Source of the DNA: a virus
Lineage: Duplodnaviria > Caudoviricetes
DNA length: 64,000 nucleotides
Strand: one strand, 5' to 3'
IMG/VR virus record: IMGVR_UViG_2840842423_000001
Coordinates: 32,001-96,000 of that record
In this document: piece after piece, positions 19,657-29,762 of the stretch
Layout of the letters: every line of letters begins with the position of its first letter
Numbering within the stretch: position 1 is the first letter of the stretch
Made by a program: the position numbers and the translations under genes
Notes under the pieces: model-generated
Told to the model about the DNA's origin: nothing
Database searches by the model: none
What the model saw: only the letters and a program-made list of their open reading frames with translations

Positions 19657-21900
19657 TTGAGCCAAGAAGAAATCATGGAACTTAATGTAACAATTAAACG
19701 GAAGCTATATCATAGCACTGAAAATATGTGGGGTGTTTTTGCTGCCATTCCAAACAACAACCGCACAATTGAGTTAAATTCATTTGGGAATATAGCAATC
19801 AGTGGTAATACGGCTGATTTATTAGAAGGAAATGACTATAATATAATAGTTGAACCGAATGATCACCCTAAATATGGCAAAGGATTCACCATTCTCTCTG
19901 TAGAGGCTAAACGTCCTGAAACAATCAAGGAGCAGCAAGATTATGTGAAAGCTTTAATCACAGACAAGCAATATGAATCAATTATAAAAGTGTATCCAAA
20001 TCACAAACTGCTTGATATGTTTGACAATGATGAGATTGACTATACAAAGATTCATGGGATTGGCGAATCTACATATGACAAGATTAAAGGTAAATTAGTA
20101 AACAACTTAGAAATCCAAGAAGCATTAGTTGAACTAAAAGAATTCGATATTACATATGAAGCAACTAAAAGACTAATCAATCACTTTGGTTCAGCATCGG
20201 CATTAGTACAAAGTGTGAGAAATAATGTATATAATCTATGTGCCGCAGATAATTTTGGATTCAAAAAGGTTGATTCCTACGCAATGCATAGAGGAGACGA
20301 CCCAACTAGTCCACACCGGATTGAATCAGCGATTAGATATACATTGGAGCAAGACGCTTCAAGTGGACACTCTTGGATCAGTAGAAGAGAATTAATTGAA
20401 CAACTAGAAGAAATGTTGAAGATTGAAGAATCATACATAATGAATACTATAGAGGAATTGGAAAATTCCGGTGTTAAGGAAACCAATTTATACATAAAGG
20501 ATAATAAGGTCGCTTTATACAAGAATTACTACTTTGAGAAAACTATTAAGGATAAATTGATGAGTATGTTGAATGAATCCTGTCCCACAAGCAAGGTGAA
20601 CAGTACAGATGTTATTGCTAAACAAGAAGAACAAGGTGGATTTGAATTTACCGACGAACAAAGAAATGCAATTCAATTAGCTATTGATAATAATGTACTG
20701 GCAATAAATGGGAAAGGTGGCGTTGGTAAAACCTTCAGTATTAAAGGGGTTTTAAAGGCATTGAAGGACTATTCCTACATGACAACAGCTCTCAGTGGGA
20801 AAGCAACTCGTGTCCTAGCTTCTCATGGATTGGAATCAATGACTATACACAGAATGCTTGGTATAGATAAGTATGGCAAATTCATCCACAATGATAAATT
20901 CAACCTCCCGTATGACATTGTGGTATTGGATGAATCTAGTATGGCTAACAACTTCCTCATCTATAGTGTAGTTATAGCCCTTAAACCGGGTGCTAAGATG
21001 ATATTCGTTGGAGATAATGGACAACTTCCATCGATTGGGACTGGTGCAGTCTACGATTCAATTTTAAACGAAGGAAGAGACATAATACCACAACAAGAGT
21101 TGACCAAGATTCAACGTCAAGCTGCTAAATCAGGTATTATATTGGCAGCAAATGATATTCGTGAAGGTAGACATATCACTGACAAATATAATTACAAACA
21201 GGAAACATTAGGCGAATTGCGTGACATGACAACCATCCCTGTTGATAAAGAAACAGATATTACTGATATGATACTTTCTATATGTGAACGTAATAAAAAT
21301 GCTGATCTATTTGAGTTTCAAGTGTTAACTGGGTTACGTGAACGAGGAGAGTTATCTGTTAAAGATCTGAACATTGAATTACAAAAGGTGTTTAATGATA
21401 CAGACAAACCATTCATAAGCAGAGGTGGCTATGATTATCGTGTAGGTGACAAGGTTATACATAATGGGAACAACTATGAAGCAGGAGAAAGCGGAAAAGT
21501 AAAAATATATAACGGAACACTGGGTAGAATTGTAGCGATTGAATTTGATGACGATAAGACAAGGCAGAATCACAGCGTTCATTTTCAATTTGAAGACATT
21601 GATGAAATAATAATATATGATATGAGTGAAATGATTAATGTTGAATTGGCATATGCTATTACAGTTCATAAATCTCAAGGTAGCTCGATTAAACAAGTTA
21701 TATTCACATTTGATTTCTCAGCATATCTTCTGTTGAGTAGAGAATTTGTATATACAGGAATCACCCGTGCCTCTGAAGGTTGTATAATGATAGCTGAGAA
21801 TAATGCGTTGCATTATGCAATTGAGCAGACTGCTGGTGGAAGTCGAAGGACATTTTTGGGCGATATGCTGGTTGAGGATGGGATTAGAGGGGCTAGTTGA
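19657..21900 (+). CDS. recD2: RecD2-like SF1B helicase
   Basis: N-terminal OB and HhH (IHGIG) regions, GKGGVGKT, TIHRMLG, DESSM, VGDNGQLPSIG, YAITVHKSQGS, YTGITRA. Confidence 0.9.
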   Translation: MSQEEIMELNVTIKRKLYHSTENMWGVFAAIPNNNRTIELNSFGNIAISGNTADLLEGNDYNIIVEPNDHPKYGKGFTILSVEAKRPETIKEQQDYVKALITDKQYESIIKVYPNHKLLDMFDNDEIDYTKIHGIGESTYDKIKGKLVNNLEIQEALVELKEFDITYEATKRLINHFGSASALVQSVRNNVYNLCAADNFGFKKVDSYAMHRGDDPTSPHRIESAIRYTLEQDASSGHSWISRRELIEQLEEMLKIEESYIMNTIEELENSGVKETNLYIKDNKVALYKNYYFEKTIKDKLMSMLNESCPTSKVNSTDVIAKQEEQGGFEFTDEQRNAIQLAIDNNVLAINGKGGVGKTFSIKGVLKALKDYSYMTTALSGKATRVLASHGLESMTIHRMLGIDKYGKFIHNDKFNLPYDIVVLDESSMANNFLIYSVVIALKPGAKMIFVGDNGQLPSIGTGAVYDSILNEGRDIIPQQELTKIQRQAAKSGIILAANDIREGRHITDKYNYKQETLGELRDMTTIPVDKETDITDMILSICERNKNADLFEFQVLTGLRERGELSVKDLNIELQKVFNDTDKPFISRGGYDYRVGDKVIHNGNNYEAGESGKVKIYNGTLGRIVAIEFDDDKTRQNHSVHFQFEDIDEIIIYDMSEMINVELAYAITVHKSQGSSIKQVIFTFDFSAYLLLSREFVYTGITRASEGCIMIAENNALHYAIEQTAGGSRRTFLGDMLVEDGIRGAS

Positions 21901-21925
21901 CTAAGGACAAATAATATTATATAAT
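21897..21925 (+). promoter_or_regulatory. sigma-A promoter with AAATAATATTAT in spacer
   Basis: TTGACT-17-TATAAT. Confidence 0.7.
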
Positions 21926-22100
21926 GAATACAAATAGGAAATTTCTAAAAGAAAGGAGGGTAATATATGTTCAACAAAGTAAAAATACTAATTCAAGATT
22001 GGGTAATACGTGTCCATATTATGGTTTTTGCCAAGCGTTTCAAATAAATACAAAATAAACAATCAATATTATATACTTATTATAAGAAAGGGGAAATAAA

Positions 22101-23618
22101 GTGAAGGTAAGCAACTTAATAACAAACGATGACATACAAAATTGGGAAAATGGTGATGTAATTACGATAAAAGCAGGAACGGGCAAAGGAAAAAGTTATT
22201 TTATCAAAAACAACCTATACAACATAGCTAAAAATGAGAATAAAAAGATTTTAATGTTAATACATAGAAAAAATTGTGTTTATCAATTTGAAGAGGAGAT
22301 TCACAAAGATAAAAAATACGATGTTATAGATATAAAAACCTATCAGCATCTAGAACACCTATATAGCCGGAAAAAAGTATTCAACTTCGGAAAATATGAT
22401 TATATAGTATGTGATGAATTCCATTATTTCATTAGTGATGCCAGCTTTAATAAGAAAACTGATATATCGTTTAATCAATTAATGAAGCAAAAGAAGCAAA
22501 TTAAGATACTCATGAGTGCAACAGGAGATAGTGTAACGGATTACATAAATGAACATCAAATAACACAAACCATAGATTACGAAATACCTTTGGATTTTTC
22601 TTTTGTTAAGACACTAACATTCTATAATAAAGATGAAACCTTAAACCATTTCATGCAAGAATCAATCCAAAGAAAAGAAAGAACTATATTTTTCATAAAA
22701 TCAGCTAAGAAGGCTTATGAGCTATACAGTAAGAATCAAAAAAACTCGTTGTTTAATTGCAGTGAAGCAAACAAAAATTACTATAAATTCGTAGACGAAG
22801 AAAAAATCAACAACTTGCTTAAAAATGAGAGTTTTGATGAAACAGCTTTAATCACAACTATGGCTATGGATACTGGCGTTAACATCGTAGATAAAAAGTT
22901 AAAGCACATAGTTTGTGATATTGAAGACATAGGTGTGCTAATTCAATGTATAGGAAGAAAAAGAATAACAGACAAAAATGACAAAATTAATCTCTATGTT
23001 AAATCTGTATCAAATCAGAGGTTAGGAGGAATGGAAACTCAACTGTTGAAAAAGGCAGAAATGGCGCAGTATCTGAGTTCTTTTGGTACAAAAGACTTTA
23101 TTGAAGAATACTATCGTGAAAACGATCAATTTAATATTGTGTATGATGAAATAACGGAGGATGAGAATAAAGCAACGAAAAAAATAAATGAGTTAATGCT
23201 CTATAAGATAATGTGTGACCAAGATGATATGTCTGATATGAAGCGATTTGGTACATACGGATTTTCTAAGCATGTGGCAGATATACTAGGTTTTTATAAT
23301 CCAACCGAAGGATTCCAGTACAGATTGATTGAGGAAGATATCAATGATAGAAATTTAAGTCTATATTTAGATTCTATTACTGGAGTAAAATTGTATAGAG
23401 AGGAAAAAGAGGTTATGAAAGAAACATTTAAAAAGAATGGACTTAGTGCTAGAACATTGGGAATAAATACGCTCAACGGAAATATCAAGGATAGAAAACT
23501 ACCATACATTATTAACACGAAGAATGGAAAGTCATACCGAGATAAAAACAACCAAGTAAAGAAGGAAAAATCCTATTGGATTGTAGGAAAAATAACATTT
23601 AACGAAGATTGTTTGTAG
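22101..23618 (+). CDS. SF2 (DExH) helicase-like protein
   Basis: AGTGKGKS, DEFH, MSAT, MDTGVNI, QCIGRKR. Confidence 0.8.
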   Translation: MKVSNLITNDDIQNWENGDVITIKAGTGKGKSYFIKNNLYNIAKNENKKILMLIHRKNCVYQFEEEIHKDKKYDVIDIKTYQHLEHLYSRKKVFNFGKYDYIVCDEFHYFISDASFNKKTDISFNQLMKQKKQIKILMSATGDSVTDYINEHQITQTIDYEIPLDFSFVKTLTFYNKDETLNHFMQESIQRKERTIFFIKSAKKAYELYSKNQKNSLFNCSEANKNYYKFVDEEKINNLLKNESFDETALITTMAMDTGVNIVDKKLKHIVCDIEDIGVLIQCIGRKRITDKNDKINLYVKSVSNQRLGGMETQLLKKAEMAQYLSSFGTKDFIEEYYRENDQFNIVYDEITEDENKATKKINELMLYKIMCDQDDMSDMKRFGTYGFSKHVADILGFYNPTEGFQYRLIEEDINDRNLSLYLDSITGVKLYREEKEVMKETFKKNGLSARTLGINTLNGNIKDRKLPYIINTKNGKSYRDKNNQVKKEKSYWIVGKITFNEDCL

Positions 23619-23770
23619 AAGAAATTATGTAAAAAGCTCTATATAGAGGTTTTGGTATGTTTTGGTTACAAATAAAAATCAAACAAATAACAACCACCCC
23701 TTGAACGCGACAGCGTGAAAGAAACGTTGGCGCAAGACAACGTAATATTGTAATTATATTTTGAAAACAG

Positions 23771-23799
23771 TTGACTATAAGTAATAAATATTATATAAT
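23771..23799 (+). promoter_or_regulatory. sigma-A promoter for uvrD-like gene
   Basis: TTGACT-17-TATAAT with AATATTA; the track ORF's TTG start is this -35 box. Confidence 0.7.
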
Positions 23800-23839
23800 A
23801 TATATAGATAGTATATTAATAGGAGGAGTTTTAAAAGTT

Positions 23840-25699
23840 ATGACAAAAATAAATTTCAATCCCGAGCAGCAGGTTGCTGTCGATCATTTTGATGGTGCAA
23901 TGGGGGTCATTTCCTCGGCGGGCAGTGGAAAATCTACGATTTTATTAGGCAGAATAGATAAATTGATACGCGAGCACAACATACCAGAAAAATCGATCCT
24001 TGCGATTAGTTTCACGAAGAATACGGCTTCAGAATTACAGTCGAAATTAAAAGCAATGAATCATAAATTCGTGAACGTAGGAACATTTCATGCTATATGT
24101 GGACGTATTCTATATCAAGAAGGGATACAAATAACTGGATACAACATGATTAAAGAATGGCAGGTTGACAATTGTTTTAAAAATATTGATAAAAATGCTG
24201 ACACTAAAGAGATCACAAATTATATTAGCTTCCAAAAAAATTTCATGGTATCATATGATGATGAATTCATAAAAAAAGAATCTGATTACACCATTAAAGA
24301 GCTACGCAAATTCTACAAAGCGTATGAGGACTTGAAGAAACAAAAGAAATTATACGACTTTGATGATTATCTATTATTATGTTTAGAGGTGGTCAAAAAC
24401 AACCCCGATAAATATACATATGATTACATACTTGTAGATGAGCATCAAGATTCTAATTTAGTACAAAATCATTTACTAAAAGAGTGGTGTCAGACTGGCA
24501 ACATATTCACCCTAAGCGACTACCGTCAGGCGATTTTTGAGTTTCGTGGGGGAACTACCGAATACTCCATGAATTTCGATAAGTATTGGAAAGACGCAAC
24601 TATACATAATGTATTTACAAATTACCGATCACCAAAGAACATTGTAGAACAATCTAATCACTTTATCCGTCAATACTACAGTGATTACGAGCATTATGTG
24701 GATGCAAAAGCCCACAACCAAGAAGATGGACACATAGAAGTAAACTCACACTTCAGTAGAGACGTGGAAGGTGTAGAAGTAGCCGATAAGATTGAACAGC
24801 TCATTGAAGATGGAGAGAAACTAAATGAAATAGCTGTTCTATATAGAATGAACGCTCATGCTGATTTCGTTGAGGCTGAGTTAAAAAGACGTAAAATTGA
24901 TTATGAGATTGCTAATGACAGCAGTTTCTTTAAACGTAAAGAAGTTGCTGGGATTCTTGCTATATTAAGATTAGTCCATAATCCACAAGACGATAATGCT
25001 TTTGAAGGTGCGTTTAAAGCCAGAAACTACCCATTAACATACATGAGCAATAAGATATTCAATGATATGCAAAATTACGCAACTAAACACAATACATCTA
25101 TGCTGGATGCAGCAACGGATATGCCATACAGTCAGATGTGGCAAAAAAAGAATATCACAGTATTCAAAAAGATAATCAATAACTTAAGAAAAATGAACGA
25201 AGACGGAGCAAATGTGATTTCTCTTATTGCTCATATAACAAAATCAACAAAGCTAGAAGAAACCATTAAAGAAAAATACAGGAATAAAGAAGAAATAGAT
25301 GAACGTTTGAATAGTATTGAAGTATTGAAAAGTTTCGTCAAAGGCAACAATTTAGAACAATTTATCACATACGTATACAGTAGTTTCACCAAGAAGAAAA
25401 GTAAAAAAGACGCTGTAAAGCTAATGAGTATACATAGAAGTAAAGGTTTAGAGTTTGATAACGTATTCGTTGTAGGTGTGGAAAATGATAAATTTCCACA
25501 TCACTTAAGCAGTCTGGAAGAGGAAGCGAGGCTCTTTTACGTGTCATGCACACGATCTAAGAAAAATTTGTTCATAAGTGAAATTGGTAGGAATACGAGA
25601 TTTATTGTTGAGTATGGGATGGAAAGCAATTCAAGTAAGCAAAATGGCGATCAACATGTCATTAGTAATGTTGACGAATGGATTAAGAATAACTTTTAG
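23840..25699 (+). CDS. UvrD/PcrA-like SF1A helicase
   Basis: AGSGKS, TFHA, VDEHQD, QAIFEFRG, NYRS, SIHRSKGLEF, EEARLFYVSCTRSK; ATG 23840 after AGGAGG. Confidence 0.9.
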   Translation: MTKINFNPEQQVAVDHFDGAMGVISSAGSGKSTILLGRIDKLIREHNIPEKSILAISFTKNTASELQSKLKAMNHKFVNVGTFHAICGRILYQEGIQITGYNMIKEWQVDNCFKNIDKNADTKEITNYISFQKNFMVSYDDEFIKKESDYTIKELRKFYKAYEDLKKQKKLYDFDDYLLLCLEVVKNNPDKYTYDYILVDEHQDSNLVQNHLLKEWCQTGNIFTLSDYRQAIFEFRGGTTEYSMNFDKYWKDATIHNVFTNYRSPKNIVEQSNHFIRQYYSDYEHYVDAKAHNQEDGHIEVNSHFSRDVEGVEVADKIEQLIEDGEKLNEIAVLYRMNAHADFVEAELKRRKIDYEIANDSSFFKRKEVAGILAILRLVHNPQDDNAFEGAFKARNYPLTYMSNKIFNDMQNYATKHNTSMLDAATDMPYSQMWQKKNITVFKKIINNLRKMNEDGANVISLIAHITKSTKLEETIKEKYRNKEEIDERLNSIEVLKSFVKGNNLEQFITYVYSSFTKKKSKKDAVKLMSIHRSKGLEFDNVFVVGVENDKFPHHLSSLEEEARLFYVSCTRSKKNLFISEIGRNTRFIVEYGMESNSSKQNGDQHVISNVDEWIKNNF

Positions 25700-25893
25700 T
25701 CGTGTAGATAAATAATAACATACATAGTTTAATATTAAAAAGATATGGCTAGAATCAATTTCAGACACCCTTGTGACTGTTTTACAGACAAAGCATAATA
25801 AATATATACAAATGTCTTAGAACATCTCATAGAGGTGTCTACGGGTTGAATATGAGATCAAAAATAACACAATAATATATAGGAGGAATATCA

Positions 25894-26469
25894 ATGAGTA
25901 AAATTAAAAATGGGAAACTGTATGAAGAAGTTGAATTCGGATGGGGTAATACAATAGAGGGTGTTGTAAATTTATTGTTAGAATATAAGATTAGAGGGAA
26001 ACTTGTCTATGGAGAGTTCAATCAACATTATCTATATTCGGATACAGTTGATATGGATGTAGCTTATAAGGCGATTACAGGTAAGACTAAGACTGAGTTT
26101 GATGAAGGTCAGAGGAAGTCTAGAGAAGATGTGGAGAGACGAGATAGAGAGCATGAGGATAAGATTCCAGAGTTGGAACAGTATTGGATGAAAAGAGGTA
26201 AAGAGGTGTTAGCAGAGGATAAATGGAAACTGTGGGACGAGATTGTGCCTGTTAGGCTGAGAGATCTATATCAAGGTATGGAGTTAGGTAACTGTTTGAG
26301 TATAGTGGAGATATTGGGTGGAGGACAGAAGGGGGATGTGGATACGTTGGAGGTTGCCAAGAAAGAGATTGATAGGCAGAATCATTCTGGTATGTCATAT
26401 GGATTAGTGTGTAGTATGGTTGGGGAATTTAGTGATAGAGGAAAAGAGTTTGTGGAGTATGTACAATGA
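25894..26469 (+). CDS. conserved phage hypothetical protein (HSGMS motif)
   Basis: 191 aa, AGGAGG RBS. Confidence 0.7.
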   Translation: MSKIKNGKLYEEVEFGWGNTIEGVVNLLLEYKIRGKLVYGEFNQHYLYSDTVDMDVAYKAITGKTKTEFDEGQRKSREDVERRDREHEDKIPELEQYWMKRGKEVLAEDKWKLWDEIVPVRLRDLYQGMELGNCLSIVEILGGGQKGDVDTLEVAKKEIDRQNHSGMSYGLVCSMVGEFSDRGKEFVEYVQ

Positions 26470-26588
26470 TTGAATGGATAATTGATATGTTGTTGGATGG
26501 GATTAGAGATGAGGTTGGTGAGTGGAGTGATATTGATGATTGGGATGAAGGATGGAATGAGATAGATAGTTGGAAAGATGATTGGTGA
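26466..26588 (+). CDS. 40-aa acidic Trp/Asp-rich peptide
   Basis: ATGA overlap with upstream stop; MIEWIIDMLLDGIRDEVGEWSDIDDWDEGWNEIDSWKDDW. Confidence 0.35.
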   Translation: MIEWIIDMLLDGIRDEVGEWSDIDDWDEGWNEIDSWKDDW

Positions 26589-26616
26589 GACAAATAATAT
26601 TATATGTGGATATGCG

Positions 26617-26650
26617 AGGTAGTTGCTAATATGCATCTACCTTTTTGTTT
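26617..26650 (+). terminator. intrinsic terminator
   Basis: AGGTAG-TTGC...GCAT-CTACCT followed by TTTTGTTTT. Confidence 0.65.
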
Positions 26651-26654
26651 TGGA

Positions 26655-27105
26655 TAAATTAGCCCCCGGTGGGTGATGGGATGTGTTGATGATTGGTTAT
26701 CGTATAGAGGGTGAATTGAATGATAGAAGATGGTGAGATTATGTAGGTGTGGTAAGGGAAAATTGAGGGACAGGAGATAGTTGTTGTGAGATGAGTAAAT
26801 GAGGATGTGAGATGTGTATCGAGATAATGTGGGAATGATGGGGAAAATTGAGGGTGTAGGGAAGGAGTGATGAGGGATTGGATAAGATGTTGGAAGATTG
26901 AGGGAAAATGGGATAGTGGAAAATGTGGATGAATAGGGAGAATATATCGGATGCGTTCGATGACATTTACGATGACGGAGAGGTGAAAATTGAGAGAAAA
27001 ATTGAAAATATGGGATAAAGTGGAAAATTAAGTTGGTGCGTGAATGTAGCTGCTCCCGGTTTAGAAAATGAGAACAAGTGATCCCATAGATGTAAATATG
27101 CCCCC
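26655..27105. repeat. candidate terminal-repeat/packaging region bounded by TAAAT(TA/AT)GCCCCC motifs
   Basis: TAAATTAGCCCCC at 26655 and TAAATATGCCCCC at 27093 enclose a C-depleted noncoding tract; skew flips just after. Confidence 0.4.
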
Positions 27106-27382
27106 ATTACTGCCTTTTACAATGGTGGTATAATATGCATTATAGCACCATTGGAATATATAATCATGAATTTGCTGCATTTTGGATAATCAAAATTTCA
27201 CCCATGATAACAGGGAAAAATCGAAGTATAAAAAGTATATCGATTATTACAAAATTATATATAATGAAGTACTGTATCACTCACATAGTACACTGGTTAA
27301 CTAGTCAACTAACTAACCTATAGTTTTCCACACCTCATCACATAGTTTTCATAACTACATAGATAAATAAATAATACTATAT

Positions 27383-27398
27383 TGTTTCACGTGAGACA
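27383..27398. promoter_or_regulatory. parS-like (Spo0J/ParB) site
   Basis: TGTTTCACGTGAGACA, one mismatch to TGTTNCACGTGAAACA. Confidence 0.65.
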
Positions 27399-27652
27399 TT
27401 TTCCATATCCATAAATTGAAATAATAAAATATCAAAATATCAAAAAATAGAAAATCAATGTATCATAATATATCATAACATCCTAACTATATATAATCTG
27501 TATACTATAATCTATCCACAAAATAACATGCTGACTTCCACCATTTAATCTTATCCATACTATACACAATATGTCAACCAACAACCCACAATAACCAACA
27601 AACATATCCCAAAATGTTCACAAATTTGTCACATAATAATCCACCAAAAGAC

Positions 27653-27799
27653 TTGCACCAATAACTAATAAATGTTATACTATAAGTATAGCAAATAAGA
27701 AAAACAACAAACACAGGCAACAAACATCTTATAATTAATAAATATTATACTAAAAACTTCACGAAAGTACTTGACATACTAAACGATACATAGTATAAT
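27653..27799 (+). promoter_or_regulatory. tandem sigma-A promoters heading the early region
   Basis: TTGCAC-17-TATACT (27653-27681) and TTGACA-17-TATAAT (27771-27799). Confidence 0.75.
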
Positions 27800-27852
27800 A
27801 TAAGTATAAGGTAGAGAAACAACAAAGCAACAAACAAGTGAGATCAACCTCA

Positions 27853-27951
27853 CACCTTGAAAACAAACTATATAAAACTTGCATAGAAAGGAATGTCTAA
27901 CAATAAACTGCAAGGAATGATATAGCAAGGTTTAGCACCTTGAAAACTAAA
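27853..27951 (+). promoter_or_regulatory. two boxA-like antitermination motifs
   Basis: CACCTTGAAAACAAAC (27853) and CACCTTGAAAACTAAA (27936), similar to Firmicute rrn boxA CTTTGAAAACT. Confidence 0.55.
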
Positions 27952-28198
27952 TAACACCATACAGTAGTTACAAGCTTACTACTTTACAAAAAAATGCAGA
28001 CTACAGACTATACTGTCACACGTATAGTGTTAGACTATCGACAAGACAAGCCATGACATACTTTCCAGTATCGAGCTTGTAAGATCAATACATTTTAATA
28101 TGATATGAAATACATTTATCTATATGATCATACAATCTTACAATAGATAACAGTTTGATATGATATTAAAATAAATCATTATAAAGGGGAATGTTAAA

Positions 28199-28519
28199 AT
28201 GAAAAAAGAAATACTTGCAATAAAAAGGAACAGTTTTTATGAATTATTTGATTATTTAAAGAGAGATGTTACAAGAATATTATCAGAAAACGACGAACAG
28301 AAAAAACGCAGTTTAAGATATAAGCTTTCAACAAAATGCAAGGAATGGACTGAACGTTTGCCTATAAAGGTAGAGAATGGAATCATTACGCATGATGAAG
28401 CTCAGAACGTTTTCAACGAAACAATCGAAATAGCTAGACAAACGGGTTTAATCGTTGAAAAAGACAAGAATGGGGAAATTCACTTTTTTAATACATTGAA
28501 TTTACAAATAAATATCTAA
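28199..28519 (+). CDS. hypothetical early protein
   Basis: 106 aa, AAAGGGG RBS, first gene after leader. Confidence 0.6.
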   Translation: MKKEILAIKRNSFYELFDYLKRDVTRILSENDEQKKRSLRYKLSTKCKEWTERLPIKVENGIITHDEAQNVFNETIEIARQTGLIVEKDKNGEIHFFNTLNLQINI

Positions 28520-28793
28520 AATAAATCAATATAAAGGAGATCACAAACAATGAACAAAACAAACTATATTTTTCAACTATCTGAACAAACTCAAAAGGAG
28601 ATCACAACCGAACTAAAACAAGTATTCGGCAAAGATGATAATGAAAATATTCAACTTGCATTAGATAGCAGGCTATGCGACTTGTCAGATACAATAGACA
28701 TTGAAAAGTACCTATAATATACATAACCAATTTGCTGCTTTTCACCATTTTAAAATTTTAACTACAAATTAACCACAAAGGAGACAACAAAAA

Positions 28794-29024
28794 ATGAACA
28801 GACTAATAAACTTATTCAATAATCGTAAAGATCACTATGATGCATTAGAGGTTACACCAACCATGCAAGAGTTATTTATGTTAGGTGAAACAATCAACCA
28901 AAACTACAAAGAAGCATATGATGACTATTTCAAACACTATCACAAACAAATAGGTAATAACAAACAACCATATACAATCTATCTATGGTTAGACATTAAG
29001 GAAGGTTTAACATTCGAATGGTAA
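28794..29024 (+). CDS. hypothetical protein
   Basis: AAAGGAG RBS. Confidence 0.55.
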   Translation: MNRLINLFNNRKDHYDALEVTPTMQELFMLGETINQNYKEAYDDYFKHYHKQIGNNKQPYTIYLWLDIKEGLTFEW

Positions 29025-29130
29025 AATTAATTGTATGTTAAAGGATATAAGCTAAACGGTTTATATCCTTTATAGATATAATTAATAATCAATATCTAAA
29101 ATAATTCAATACAAAAGGGGAAATACTATA

Positions 29131-29373
29131 ATGAATTTTTATAGCATGGATATAAAGGAAATTGAGAACACTTTAAACATTAATCACATTACTAAAAGCA
29201 TACACGACAAAGAACAAGCAACAAGCACTATATTAGATGACTGGGAACAAGTTCAAAGCTTATTAAATCAATTCAAACAATCACATAATATTATAAGCGT
29301 ATACGGTTATGAACTAGTACACGACAACCATTTTATAAAATTGTACTACAAAGAAACATATTCCAATAGCTAA
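29131..29373 (+). CDS. hypothetical protein
   Basis: AAAAGGGG RBS. Confidence 0.55.
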   Translation: MNFYSMDIKEIENTLNINHITKSIHDKEQATSTILDDWEQVQSLLNQFKQSHNIISVYGYELVHDNHFIKLYYKETYSNS

Positions 29374-29446
29374 AATTTTAAAACGCCAAAGTGCAGCACT
29401 TTTACATTTTAAAATTCCAAAATAAATCAATACAAAGGAGAGCAAA

Positions 29447-29761
29447 ATGAAAACAATACTAATCACCTTATTATTGTCTAGTCAACTAATCGGAGGTTTT
29501 CAATCAATCAATACAAATCAAACAAACGTAGGCAACAAACAACCATATCAATATGAAATAACTAACATAACAAATAACACAATACATGGTATACCAATCA
29601 ATAAAGCAAGCCATGACAACAAAAGCATATTCTTATATGATCATGAAATATCTTTCAATGTATCTGTTGGTGACAAAATACAAATCGTATGGGGAAATGA
29701 GGAGGATATATTCAAAAGTATTACAAAAGTAAAATATAGTATCACAAAAGGAGATCATTAA
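29447..29761 (+). CDS. hypothetical protein with N-terminal signal-like segment
   Basis: MKTILITLLLSSQLIGG; AAAGGAG RBS. Confidence 0.55.
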   Translation: MKTILITLLLSSQLIGGFQSINTNQTNVGNKQPYQYEITNITNNTIHGIPINKASHDNKSIFLYDHEISFNVSVGDKIQIVWGNEEDIFKSITKVKYSITKGDH

Positions 29762-29762
29762 A

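Noticed and set aside
26382-27323. Track ORFs at 26382, 26739 and 27135
   Set aside because: Low-complexity products of extreme base skew; no RBS.
27324-27559. DnaA-box-like 9-mers (TTTTCCACA, CTATCCACA, TTATCCATA) as an origin
   Set aside because: All have a mismatch, are expected in this A/C-rich tract, and the skew switch has terminus-like rather than origin-like polarity.
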